64,000 bases of DNA from a virus. Taxonomy: Duplodnaviria > Caudoviricetes. Shown here piece by piece: positions 9,601-15,802 of this stretch. Position numbers and translations under genes: made by a program. The stretch's first letter is position 1. Every line of letters begins with the position of its first letter. The notes under the pieces were generated by a model. It searched no databases. It was not told the DNA's origin and saw only the letters and a program-made list of their open reading frames with translations. The DNA is taken from IMG/VR virus record IMGVR_UViG_3300046615_000401, positions 14,998-78,997 of that record; one strand, written 5' to 3'.

Positions 9601-11204
9601 CCGGCATGAAGGCCAAGGGTACCCGTGTGCACAACGGCAATGTCTCGCCGCTGTCCTACTCTGGTCAGCTGAATGCCTCCAACATGGCGGCCATCGGTAA
9701 CAACAAGCAGGCAGCCATCCAGGACATGTTCACTGCCACTGGTTTCGATCCGTCGAGTGTCAAGCAGAATCATCTGGCACCGGTGCTGAATGCCAACGGC
9801 GATGTGGTCAACTACCGTTACCTGATGAGCGAGTTGACCAAGGACACTTTGCTGGACCGGGACAACCGGCCGGAGAAAATCCTGGGCGCCATGGCGGGTT
9901 CCGTCTTCGACAAGGTCAGCTCCAAGGAGCAGAACCGCAAGGTGGTGGAAGCGCTGCATGAGCAATACACCTACGAGTTCGCCAGCAATCCTGCTGCCTA
10001 CCTGACCGTGGGACCGAAGAGTACTGATCCGCAGCTGAGAGAAATCTGGCAGCTGCTGCCGGCCTCCACCAAGCAGGCGGTCAATGAGATCTGGGGTACC
10101 GAGGGTATGAAGGTGCGCAGCGATCTGCTGGACATCAACTTCGGTTACCGCAAGGTGAGTGTGGCCGATGCCTTCACCGAGCAGGCTGCACAACGCAACT
10201 TCGTGCAGGGCATGTTCGTGGAATTCATGACCATGGCTTTCCATGAGAAAGCGCAGCTGCGCACCCGGCAAGTGGAGGATATCTGGCAGGCCGTGGTGAA
10301 AGCCACCAAGGGCAACCTGGTGGTGAAATCCTGGTCCACCATGAGCGGCAACCTGCGTTCCAACTGGTCGCAGCTGTTGTTGATGGGTGTTAATCCGGTG
10401 GCCATCGCCCGTAGTCACCGGGTAGCCTTCAAGGGTGCCTGGGCCTACAAGAAGGATAGCGAACTGCTGTTCAACCTACAGCACCAGATTGAGGTGGGGC
10501 ATATCCTGCCAGGACAAACCAAGGCGGACATTGAACACCAGATTAAACGCCTGCAGGACAGCATCAACCGCAATCCGGTCAAGCCGCTAATCGATGCTGG
10601 CTTGATGCCGACCATCGTGGAGGATGTGGCAGCTGATGACGACATCTATTCGTACAAGTCGAAGTTCGTCAAGGGCACTGAGAAGTTCACCAGCAAGCTC
10701 AACCCACAGGTGGTAGGACTAGGTAAGTTCTTGCTGATGACGGAAGACAGTTCAGCCTTCAAGGTGATGAGCTACGCCACGCAGATCTCCGACTTCCTGG
10801 CCCGCTACACGCTGTACGAGCACATGACCAGCAAGAAGAATCCGATGGACCATGAGGATGCGATTCAACTGGCCTCGGATGCCTTCATCAACTACGACGT
10901 CCCGACACACCGGATGGTCCAGTATGCTAATGATTCGGGGTTGGTGATGTTTACCAAGTACTACATGCGCATCCAGAAGATGCTGGGTAAGATCTACAAG
11001 GAACACCCTGGCCGGGTAATTGCGTTGCTGGCTGCTGAACGGATGATCGGGGATCAGCCGACAGTGATCGATTCGGGGATGCTGCATCGCTGGGGCAACC
11101 CGCTGAACCTGGGCGCCCTGGACTATCCTGGCTCACTGGATTCCTTGACCACGGTGAAGCTGCTCAGTAGTCCCTTCCGCGGAGGTGGTAACCCAGCGGA
11201 TTAA
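684..11204 (+). CDS. Virion-encapsidated RNA polymerase (N4 gp50-like), ~3506 aa
   Basis: Size; motif A EVDGVTNG, motif B RNIIKTPLTAMVFG, motif C NVHDA, NPQTSKIHR; no Cys from the Met at 684; start reassigned from 537 to 684 (AGGA upstream). Confidence 0.97.
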   Translation: MATLDQILDQHLAKQKEEAAGGLNLDTYFANRFGATAGTDKVDAVRAATKEKVQNLESFRQALAINQESNQAAVEANKQAWSTRLGLEADGVAGTAVNQAASLYSGGSRLLGNAIALAPSATGFAYEAVIPEAEKQLYGQYQMYKRTNTAIPPEMEAALNRKVSGATEGTSPTDAARYQAEADANPASLTVKQVMERTDSLRGMARKVNDFFDNSTAVQQDRRDALSAELGQDFAARWGKVTQGWDEAKKHQFMAAGGHTIEGIAGLLLGAGEAVVKHPIAATEYITENAPQIALGALGRTGMAAMTSTNVGYAVDNYQQGIENYQKAHLGRLPAEDVRHTMAIQAASLAVAEYVGELNILHAGKMLGGAEKATAEVAATSAKQSIKNTLGAVAHGGIGEAATEGYQTYMEGQVTGKPASAEDIYKGAVIGGVAGAGLSGGLHGIHEALKATPEHAAQRAAEATDHATFNAAAEANDPAPYLDPQSKQYDPSEAVGVLLKHAMGADVTPETKQANLKQGSEIVAQLEEAHAQAQTVAATHTPEGIQEAKDNLAAVQEQLKTVDPTDKAKVTQLNSLVSDLTAEVADRSDSKQAMAARTEASKLERQLNTGRARLEGLTTIAEPQVKPAEVATMVDEAAKPEVADRLINLSMTQPDSITGEQATKLAEDKSNTFTDEQRAHLRAFSAARIAENQLSTQSKVSQEVFYGSAKNVGMAQYRGRIAAAIAANNQNTATRQLEQLQTFATDHASKAQAARQAMQGGMGNQIVKLTNGSGWTVLPKGEKLDKTTMDSNGALTMQSGRLVQDIQKEAKALAATVAEMQSAVKIKFGNTVNPVVQSNPSAKQTTLPGNINSPKNEEESARPELRPEPPAVRTPTLSSNKTQTKQTFEERQAFNAAQEEIVRKANAAYAAKQEAKTAKSEAAQQPAVVSAANPAPVAEAATTEAGVEKKDNISSPAASPASSPASPTLADARGATVPSLASAAATGLKVFEQEHDKAAPYTEQNLIGTQFQQTAGSDTGTLRPLASVTDFLSALKAKTTKVSDFVQQTSEPTAAQRTVLKDFARTAGDWFATITSNLVRGNKGYGYEDMIQFLLNEQGDLEENTKTAIAYAAYSWVAEAASRPSENSPEEINLILGRGEDAIVSTKETNALKYVGTRQNVVANSLGQRVVAALGLKSLASAPRNLQADLEASIGAHAMKLLLDQGILVRTSISGKEMAELTGKESTDSNAKFYFLKLAQTDTGLHPAAEAIYQASKGTQGILDKLFGVEPALKEPGTVPIKSTQKTTRNTDMAIPSELEKMVAKDDAIPSFVRADMYNLVGQIDPEILLKIAGKEEVTEDSVHKARRASLQAKNDGLQRELSRFMDYVGQMGHDVAMYFEHSVWMQQRVGIATNMINPQTSKIHRHMLYRQNWETKIAINDVDVMTNFKLRVAEGLGVKTDKKSQAKALADLTGLLAKPEVKGAVNVLVKSLAGTKDGTLSANEQQVLLAGVKAGGEDMHSLDALMALAQFTQAKKAGESHFTTQMMAEVDGVTNGPMFTNLLLGAANTVGEMYALLNRGGFFQQGNPHTEYNNWRDAPGNFDLYENTALHMTQAVNAAGFDSATMASLYAFTGELADKNGAVQKAGRNIIKTPLTAMVFGSSVKSAVDSMADKFIDSIYAAIEDNAKGAKGALSSTEILAHLDMLGVTLPAGTNLMEHEFNAAQIKTLKGIFSGTLGKAVEATMKQDFEVFISQRTQFNLTAQTTFAVYNAVYSSLREKMINDLMAEGKLAVNKTTGKPIHDLTNAQEKALRKQVEALAPVMHSPMSKESGELKAGLLVAKSDRKLSTSPIYQNTVKFGQPFADNGSKSTAVHGYEVTPTGPGVAMVPVSMHSSDSAVSARANPDGKALNVHDAQGSGVGSILATAQAMNQATWDTMLNYSPAAEVTAALLRTVQGLDAMIQAGTLPDTALTLLASSLVDMAEKQGMSPEGVLQVQAIRAQEMAYKADSMKLDTMATMQAINQYAMEGGAYAVTSDNRASAASLRSALAPSLSADASAALNRVSDKLDAAIKAEVAKREGKTVVPDTEMDPQVKPAGSVAELGKSAIASDPFLVETFSKTPVMGLAEVAAALRVSLKGEFNQRLLSALERATGFDLTVRYVTPQTAPADLLAKGDDKARGWYASSNGEQAIYVLSPEFKYSGLTPELLLHELTHAAVARTIEQAKIDGKGDAYALVKELEELRMTAAKYVVANHLQTQFSAAVENVHELVSWGMSNQEFQTQVLGKFQMASTTGSNALVSGIKSFINKLVGLVFGKQNATMATGMGVLISNVSGLFNAAAQTKDTASKATLVLNQTNTGAAQNNLRDLSTMDIHNALAQMNSGQVVSTGFSAHLQDLLGGIVTKLHGPFGSFKAAIMAQTAQTPEQVYQHALTTGEAPFALDALGAGFAFTHQEAFAAEQVQVTVREAVNGKDGVTSVAYRELAKLYDEVRSKIKVSDFHGANVSPVEIAEAQALHDFIFTVKLDADGKSEYLSRFAALGLAHEGFNTVLASMVSRNANAASAISFNDRLNKIFEQILNWFAGKMTHTKEGMTAETKLTKLVEQLVQIEVKKRMVVQARIQLLTPIEEAVDTLAKGARAKLDAFVRQPYFKQHTNGFVRGGTALLSAYANERTDAVLEGFMRLRDQTIGGQLGIAASLVNEFRGSNTSNLIFHYLLRITKHIEGTRKDIITGTGKIVLGSFANEGDDLNAQHKDAISAVFLRTDMSSLLTHYNMDELAKLVGDPQAVQTEINRFEANLTSKFRRYYVNAAKTLAYYKATGEVRSAHLVMNAGNIARLYGTGYKTQVSEAEAKQAEKIIDPLVSLYALLYSREDHLSKAQEVLKAEAARTDGGNGVEMVLKTHQRLVEQSQKLLFDDAAPLHMKGYTTEIYDPFMDVVTAGVDEGADLVLQGYTQGSALSHDVADPLAEEKHIYYLRDGGMQRRVTGTLSFTGMKAKGTRVHNGNVSPLSYSGQLNASNMAAIGNNKQAAIQDMFTATGFDPSSVKQNHLAPVLNANGDVVNYRYLMSELTKDTLLDRDNRPEKILGAMAGSVFDKVSSKEQNRKVVEALHEQYTYEFASNPAAYLTVGPKSTDPQLREIWQLLPASTKQAVNEIWGTEGMKVRSDLLDINFGYRKVSVADAFTEQAAQRNFVQGMFVEFMTMAFHEKAQLRTRQVEDIWQAVVKATKGNLVVKSWSTMSGNLRSNWSQLLLMGVNPVAIARSHRVAFKGAWAYKKDSELLFNLQHQIEVGHILPGQTKADIEHQIKRLQDSINRNPVKPLIDAGLMPTIVEDVAADDDIYSYKSKFVKGTEKFTSKLNPQVVGLGKFLLMTEDSSAFKVMSYATQISDFLARYTLYEHMTSKKNPMDHEDAIQLASDAFINYDVPTHRMVQYANDSGLVMFTKYYMRIQKMLGKIYKEHPGRVIALLAAERMIGDQPTVIDSGMLHRWGNPLNLGALDYPGSLDSLTTVKLLSSPFRGGGNPAD

Positions 11205-11207
11205 ATG

Positions 11208-11240
11208 AAAAAAGCCCAGGGGATTGCTCCTCTGGGCTTT
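11208..11240 (-). terminator. Intrinsic terminator at the convergence of vRNAP and the minus-strand arm
   Basis: Minus strand AAAGCCCAGAGGA-GCAA-TCCCCTGGGC-TTTTTT. Confidence 0.8.
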
Positions 11241-11340
11241 AGTGGCTTGTTTAAGATACAGTGATTTCCTGTTTTTATACTTAGGCTGCCGCCTCGCCCC
11301 CGGAACCATCCGGTCTAGCCTGTGCCCCACTTCCCAGCAC

Positions 11341-11470
11341 ATGGACTGGCAGGATTCGAACCTGCTTTCTCTTACCCAATCTCGGCGAACGATCCGGACT
11401 CGAACCGGCATTACTGGCACTGTTGCTGTTTGAAGTTGATCGATGACCGTGGCTACCACTGATCACCCCG
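11341..11470 (-). ncRNA. Degenerate tRNA-like segment with two T-arm hairpins
   Basis: Minus strand GCCGG-TTCGAGT-CCGGA and GCAGG-TTCGAAT-CCTGC, plus D-loop-like CAGTGGTAG and GCCGAGATTGGGTAAG; no complete cloverleaf found. Confidence 0.4.
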
Positions 11471-11519
11471 TGCTCCAAGTCCCAAGCAGGACTTGCTTTA
11501 AAGTGCGCACAGTGCACAT

Positions 11520-11625
11520 GGGTTCGACCAACATCTGAGTGACCCGCCTTGACTACGGGTAGTGGGGCTACGCTTTGGGCTCTACATTTCCGTCCCTCTA
11601 CACCCCAGCACTCAGATGTTGACCC
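11520..11625 (-). ncRNA. Candidate structured non-coding RNA (multi-branch junction)
   Basis: 13-bp perfect inverted repeat CAACATCTGAGTG (11529-11541) / CACTCAGATGTTG (11609-11621) enclosing ACCCG/CGGGT and TGGGG/CCCCA stems; strand inferred from the flanking operon. Confidence 0.45.
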
Positions 11626-11639
11626 CGGAGGGCAGCCGC

Positions 11640-11756
11640 TTAACGTGTGACCAACCACACGAGAAGCGTACCAAGGAGGAAGCTGCCGACCGGGAGTGAC
11701 AAGCATATCACGATGAATTTGAACAGGCTAATGCTGCGTCTTGTTTTATACATCAT
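11640..11756 (-). CDS. 38-aa single-pass membrane protein (not in ORF track)
   Basis: MMYKTRRSISLFKFIVICLSLPVGSFLLGTLLVWLVTR; GGAGAA RBS; coupled to the upstream small gene. Confidence 0.6.
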   Translation of the reverse strand: MMYKTRRSISLFKFIVICLSLPVGSFLLGTLLVWLVTR

Positions 11757-11757
11757 G

Positions 11758-11928
11758 CTAGGTTCTCCAATGGAGTATGCACATAGCTATAAACCAGATA
11801 GCGCCAACAGCTATGCCACCATAGAAGATCACCCATCCGAACAGGGCAAGGAGTACCCCTGCTCCGATGAGTGCACCCAGCAAGAGAATGGCCAGGATGA
11901 CCGAGCCAATCATCTTGAGGGTGGCCAT
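11758..11928 (-). CDS. 56-aa hydrophobic membrane protein (not in ORF track)
   Basis: MATLKMIGSVILAILLLGALIGAGVLLALFGWVIFYGGIAVGAIWFIAMCILHWRT; starts 3 nt after the previous stop. Confidence 0.7.
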   Translation of the reverse strand: MATLKMIGSVILAILLLGALIGAGVLLALFGWVIFYGGIAVGAIWFIAMCILHWRT

Positions 11929-11930
11929 GC

Positions 11931-12608
11931 TTAGCCGAACAGACTGGAGGTGGTCTTGGCCGGCTTCTCCACTTCAACCTGTGGTTGCAGCGTTGCTTGG
12001 GCTTCAGCCGCAAACAGTGGTGCTGCTTCTGCGACCTTGGCTTCAGCGATAGGTTCAGCCTTGGCTGCTTCAGTTTCCTGGGTGGCCAGCAGTGCTGTAG
12101 CAGCCGATTCCTTGGTGGCGGCCACGGCTTCTGCTGCGGTGGTGATCGGTGCTGCAGTAACCACAGTTGCGGTGACAGGGGTATCCGTTTGCACGGCTAC
12201 TGCCACAGCAACTTCTTCAACAACAGCCACGGCAGGGATCAGGCCCAGCACGGTACCAACGGATTTGATTTCACCACCACCGGGCAGGATAGCTTCCTTC
12301 TTTGGCTTGTCTTCTTCGACTTCGTCCACCACAGCCACGTCAGGAGTGTTGCCCCGGATAGTGGCATCGGTAGCTGGGGTCATCAGCACCACAGCGGTAT
12401 CCGCTACCGGATCCACATAAACGGCGTCCGGCAGCGTGAAGCCAGGGATCTCCACATCATCGATATGGATGGCCGCCGACAGACCATTGCCGCCGCGGCC
12501 GGAGGTGAAGTCGATGCTCATGGTTTTGTTGCGCAGCGAGATGCCCTGGTGGCCGATGTACTGGCGGATGGCTTTCTCGATGTCGGGTTGTTTCAGGATG
12601 ATTTCCAT
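11931..12608 (-). CDS. N4-like hypothetical protein with Ala/Val/Glu-rich tail ending SSLFG
   Basis: Globular-looking N-terminus (LKQPDIEKAIRQY...DFTSGRGGNGLSA) followed by a low-complexity region. Confidence 0.8.
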   Translation of the reverse strand: MEIILKQPDIEKAIRQYIGHQGISLRNKTMSIDFTSGRGGNGLSAAIHIDDVEIPGFTLPDAVYVDPVADTAVVLMTPATDATIRGNTPDVAVVDEVEEDKPKKEAILPGGGEIKSVGTVLGLIPAVAVVEEVAVAVAVQTDTPVTATVVTAAPITTAAEAVAATKESAATALLATQETEAAKAEPIAEAKVAEAAPLFAAEAQATLQPQVEVEKPAKTTSSLFG

Positions 12609-12638
12609 GTTGCTCTCTTATGTAAGGTACTGCGGTGG

Positions 12639-13250
12639 TTAAGCTGCTTGCCTGAACTGCATCAGGTGCAGGGTTTGTTTAAAGCTGTTGGTACGCAGGC
12701 CGGCATAGATGGCAGCGGTGGCATCGGCCATGTGTTCGGCCTTGGCAGCGCTGACCTGCTCCTTGCCGTTGTTCTTGAACATGGGCCAGTTGGCTTCGGG
12801 GTGTCGCCCCATGGCCCATTCAATCATCTCCAGCTTGGTGGCAGTCTTCTTGCCGACACTGACCATCTTCACTTCGGATGGCGTCACCTCGAAGAACGGA
12901 ATGCCCGTGGCACGTAATGCCCCCAGCACGCCCACACAGATGCCATACGAGGCCATCGCACGGGCAGACTGGCTGCCTACCGGAACCTCAACGAAAATCG
13001 CCTGGGCGCCCTGTGCGTGGGCCAGGGCTGCCTCACACAATTGATACGCCGCTTCCAGATCCTCGCTGTTCTGCCTTACCTGCTTCCCGGTAGGCAGTAC
13101 CGGTTGGATCACCGCCACCTCGTTGATCACCAAGGTGGCGTCAGCCAGGGTGTGACCCAAGGTGAGAATACCCTTGGAGACACCCCAGTTGCGCAGTGAT
13201 GGATCGAAACCCACCACCTTGAAGCCAGCCAGGTCAGCCTGGTGCATCAT
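12639..13250 (-). CDS. ruvC: RuvC-like Holliday junction resolvase
   Basis: VVGFDPSLRNWG, VEVP, EHMADA acidic catalytic motifs; start approximate. Confidence 0.85.
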   Translation of the reverse strand: MMHQADLAGFKVVGFDPSLRNWGVSKGILTLGHTLADATLVINEVAVIQPVLPTGKQVRQNSEDLEAAYQLCEAALAHAQGAQAIFVEVPVGSQSARAMASYGICVGVLGALRATGIPFFEVTPSEVKMVSVGKKTATKLEMIEWAMGRHPEANWPMFKNNGKEQVSAAKAEHMADATAAIYAGLRTNSFKQTLHLMQFRQAA

Positions 13251-13581
13251 CGCCGGGTGCTGCTTCGATGCTGGCGCCAAACGGCAGATCCTTGAACAGG
13301 TTCAGCACGGTCATGACACCGACACGGAACACCTGCAGGTAGGCACCGTTCAGGTCCATGGCAATGACTTCACCTGGCTTGGCTTCGTCTTCCACCTCTA
13401 TGGTGGTACCTTCTTGAAACTCCAGCAGGCGGTTGCCATGTTCCATCTTCTCGGCATGCCAGTGATCCACCAGCATGGCAAAGGCGTCGATATCAACAAT
13501 GGGGGTGGCACCGACGGGCACGGCTTCCTTGAAGATGGCTTGACCAGCCAGCTCAGGATTCAGGACGGCGATTTCAGCCAT
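13234..13581 (-). CDS. N4 gp46-like hypothetical protein
   Basis: AAGGAG RBS; lies between ssb and the resolvase; LVDHWH...FKDLPF pattern. Confidence 0.7.
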   Translation of the reverse strand: MAEIAVLNPELAGQAIFKEAVPVGATPIVDIDAFAMLVDHWHAEKMEHGNRLLEFQEGTTIEVEDEAKPGEVIAMDLNGAYLQVFRVGVMTVLNLFKDLPFGASIEAAPGDDAPG

Positions 13582-13897
13582 GGTTCAGCTCCTTGTATAG
13601 AGCGTAGCCTTCCAGCTCCCACAGCTTGGCGGTGGCCTTGTTTTCGGCGTCTTCCTTGCCGATACGAATACCCGTAGCCGCGATGAAGTTGTCCTTATCC
13701 ACGCAGGCACTGAAGCCAGTGGCCAACAGAAAGGCATCGTCCAGGTAGGCATGTACAAAGGTGCTGGTGGTGCCTTCCGGTACGTGCACCTTGTAGGTGA
13801 CACGGTGCATCAGCGCTTCGATGTCTTCACGCATGACACGGCGGCCGGTCTTGCCAGCTGCGGCCAGTTCCTGGCTGGTGATGTCCGGCTTATCCAT
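13574..13897 (-). CDS. Phage gp49/gp66 family protein (candidate Acb4-like anti-CBASS sponge), 107 aa
   Basis: TGFSACVDKDNF...GIRIG...KLWELEGY motif; GGAGG RBS before the Met at 13897. Confidence 0.8.
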   Translation of the reverse strand: MDKPDITSQELAAAGKTGRRVMREDIEALMHRVTYKVHVPEGTTSTFVHAYLDDAFLLATGFSACVDKDNFIAATGIRIGKEDAENKATAKLWELEGYALYKELNHG

Positions 13898-14060
13898 TGA
13901 CCACCTCCGGCTTGGCCGACAGGAAGACGTAGAACATCTGCGCCGCATTTATTACAGTCGAGGGATGGTTGTTACCGCCCACTTGGTTGCGTACAGCCAT
14001 ATCGAGTGCCATGGCACGCATGTTCAGGTCATGCCCACCATCATTTTCATTTTCACCCAT
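13890..14060 (-). CDS. 56-aa hypothetical protein (not in ORF track)
   Basis: MGENENDGGHDLNMRAMALDMAVRNQVGGNNHPSTVINAAQMFYVFLSAKPEVVNG; stop overlaps the next start. Confidence 0.55.
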   Translation of the reverse strand: MGENENDGGHDLNMRAMALDMAVRNQVGGNNHPSTVINAAQMFYVFLSAKPEVVNG

Positions 14061-14132
14061 TGGTATCTCACTTAGGTTAGGTAGATTGCCAGCCAGCGGC
14101 TGCCGGCTGGTTATTGCGATGACGCCGGAGGA

Positions 14133-14891
14133 TTAACCGAACAGGCTGGACTTCGGTTTCGGCGTACCAGCTGCAGCGGCAGCTTTCGGTGCACCAGGGA
14201 CACCTGCATTGGCGCCGGCACCCTTGGCTTTGTTGCGCACCTGGCCACGCCATTTCTCGGTCCAGGCAGCGTAGAACTCGGCCGTTTCGGACTTGGCCTT
14301 GATCTCGGTGGTGGTCTTGTGCATGTGGCCTTCCTTGGCGCAGAAGAACTTGTCGATCTCGTTCTCTTCACGGGTTTCGCCGGTGGGCTCGTATTCATTC
14401 GTGACTTCGTTCTTCTTGGTCTTGTCCACGATCTGGCGGATCAAGCCGATGACAATGTCTTGGTCCAGCATTTCGGTGATCATCTGTACCTTGGTAGGGA
14501 TCTCAGCCTTGGCGGTGAAGTCATACAGCTTGATGACTTTTTCTTCCGTGTCCAGATCGGAGATCTCCTTGCCAGTGGTCAGCAGTGCCAGCGAGTTGGC
14601 CTGACTGAAGCCAGGCAGCGGGAAGTTCTCGTCGCCTTTGGTGTAGTAAGTCTTGTTACCTTTTTTGTCACCGGAGGTCATGAACAGCGTTTGGCGCAGT
14701 TCTTTGTTGTCGCTGTGGTTGAAGACCAGATGCAGGCCCAGGGCGCCGCTGTCGGATTTTTTGATGTAGGCTAGGACAATCTTGGCAGCGTAAGCATCGG
14801 AATCAACGACATTGCTACCGCCGCCGAGGACGTCTTTATCATCGGCAATCTTGACGCCGTCTTCGGTTTTGAGGGATTTGAGCAGACTCAT
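14133..14891 (-). CDS. ssb: Single-stranded DNA-binding protein (N4 gp45-like)
   Basis: DKDVLGGG, TLFMTSG..KGNK.YY, LPGFSQANSLALL, ENEIDKFF; basic C-tail ending SLFG; synteny after gp44. Confidence 0.9.
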   Translation of the reverse strand: MSLLKSLKTEDGVKIADDKDVLGGGSNVVDSDAYAAKIVLAYIKKSDSGALGLHLVFNHSDNKELRQTLFMTSGDKKGNKTYYTKGDENFPLPGFSQANSLALLTTGKEISDLDTEEKVIKLYDFTAKAEIPTKVQMITEMLDQDIVIGLIRQIVDKTKKNEVTNEYEPTGETREENEIDKFFCAKEGHMHKTTTEIKAKSETAEFYAAWTEKWRGQVRNKAKGAGANAGVPGAPKAAAAAGTPKPKSSLFG

Positions 14892-15006
14892 GGTACATTT
14901 CCTTTTGTAAGGGTTGGTTATGTTGTTGGGTACAGCAAAGTGAAGCGCTGCTCAACTCAATTGTGTTCTACCGGATTGAGCAGTGTAATACAGAACAGTA
15001 CGACCT

Positions 15007-15744
15007 TCAATCGTAATATTCGTGCAGACGGTCGAGAACCAGCTGCATATTGTTGTCGATGTAGGTTTCCTTGGTGTCGAACAGTCCTATTGACCCACGC
15101 AAGCGTTCATTAACCGTTTCCTTGGTCAACTTGGTCTGGAAGACATACTTGAAGCCCAGTGCTTCTTCTTCCGGCGTGATAGTCAGCAGCTTGGACTCGT
15201 AGCCTTTCAAAGCCTTCACTGTCATCTTCTTCGACGCGATCACGGTGGAGAAGTAGGACTCAATACCGTTGTTCTTCAGAGAACCTGCTACTGGCACCTT
15301 GGTTTCCATCACCATCTCACCTTCGTTCAAGGTGTCCAGGGTGTGTGCCAGAAAGATCACGTTCTTCGAGCACGTAGCCACCTTCTGTTGCATGATGGAC
15401 TTAAAGTACTGAGCAAACTGGCCCCAGGCTGCACGACCGTCCGCTTGCGTGACGATATACAGCGAAACGTACATGTCCAGCAGGTAAGTCAGCGTGTCGA
15501 TGACGACAGTGTGGATATGTGCCTGTTCCGGCAGCTCCACCCAGTCGAACACCTCGAACAGTTGCAGAGGATCGGTGATGATGAATTCACGGAACTTGGA
15601 TTTGAAGGGTAACTTTTTGCCGGACTCACAGTTGCAGTAGGCCACGCCTTCGGGATTCTTCAATCCCATCAGGGAAGCCGACTTGCCGGTGGCGGACTTG
15701 CCGCCGACCAGGATCAAGTGGTCGTTGATTTGTTGCTGGGTCAT
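15007..15744 (-). CDS. AAA-family ATPase (N4 gp44-like, Sak4-like)
   Basis: Walker A GGKSATGKS, Walker B VVIDTLT, GIESYFSTV. Confidence 0.9.
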   Translation of the reverse strand: MTQQQINDHLILVGGKSATGKSASLMGLKNPEGVAYCNCESGKKLPFKSKFREFIITDPLQLFEVFDWVELPEQAHIHTVVIDTLTYLLDMYVSLYIVTQADGRAAWGQFAQYFKSIMQQKVATCSKNVIFLAHTLDTLNEGEMVMETKVPVAGSLKNNGIESYFSTVIASKKMTVKALKGYESKLLTITPEEEALGFKYVFQTKLTKETVNERLRGSIGLFDTKETYIDNNMQLVLDRLHEYYD

Positions 15745-15766
15745 TTACATCTCCATAGAAAAATAA

Positions 15767-15791
15767 GGGTTGGCTTTATCCAAGCCAACCC
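15767..15791 (-). terminator. Intrinsic terminator-like hairpin
   Basis: 10-bp stem GGGTTGGCTT/AAGCCAACCC followed on the minus strand by TTATTTTT. Confidence 0.7.
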
Positions 15792-15802
15792 CTGCCAGAT
15801 TG

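Noticed and set aside
11341-11470. Functional tRNA genes
   Set aside because: No complete acceptor or anticodon stems could be built around either T-arm
11529-11560. Hammerhead core (CTGAGTGA)
   Set aside because: Does not match CUGANGA exactly and there is no GAAA partner
11620-11633. CCC-GGA-GGG as a vRNAP promoter (also CCTC-GGA-GGG at 46336)
   Set aside because: Only 3 contiguous pairs and no CATG consensus
11341-11640. tmRNA
   Set aside because: The 3' end resembles a T-arm plus acceptor, but there is no GGATTCGAC 5' motif, no P2 pairing next to the T-arm, no CCA and no tag ORF
11515-11662. Pistol-ribozyme-like topology (CGTGTG/CACACG hairpin, TTAA linker, GT between stems)
   Set aside because: The conserved GCG after the pseudoknot is missing, the pairings need several wobbles, and the first hairpin lies inside a credible small ORF
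11133-11706. ORFs 11133-11459 and 11281-11706 (minus)
   Set aside because: They read through tRNA-like loops and a terminator, overlap real small genes, and have non-protein-like composition
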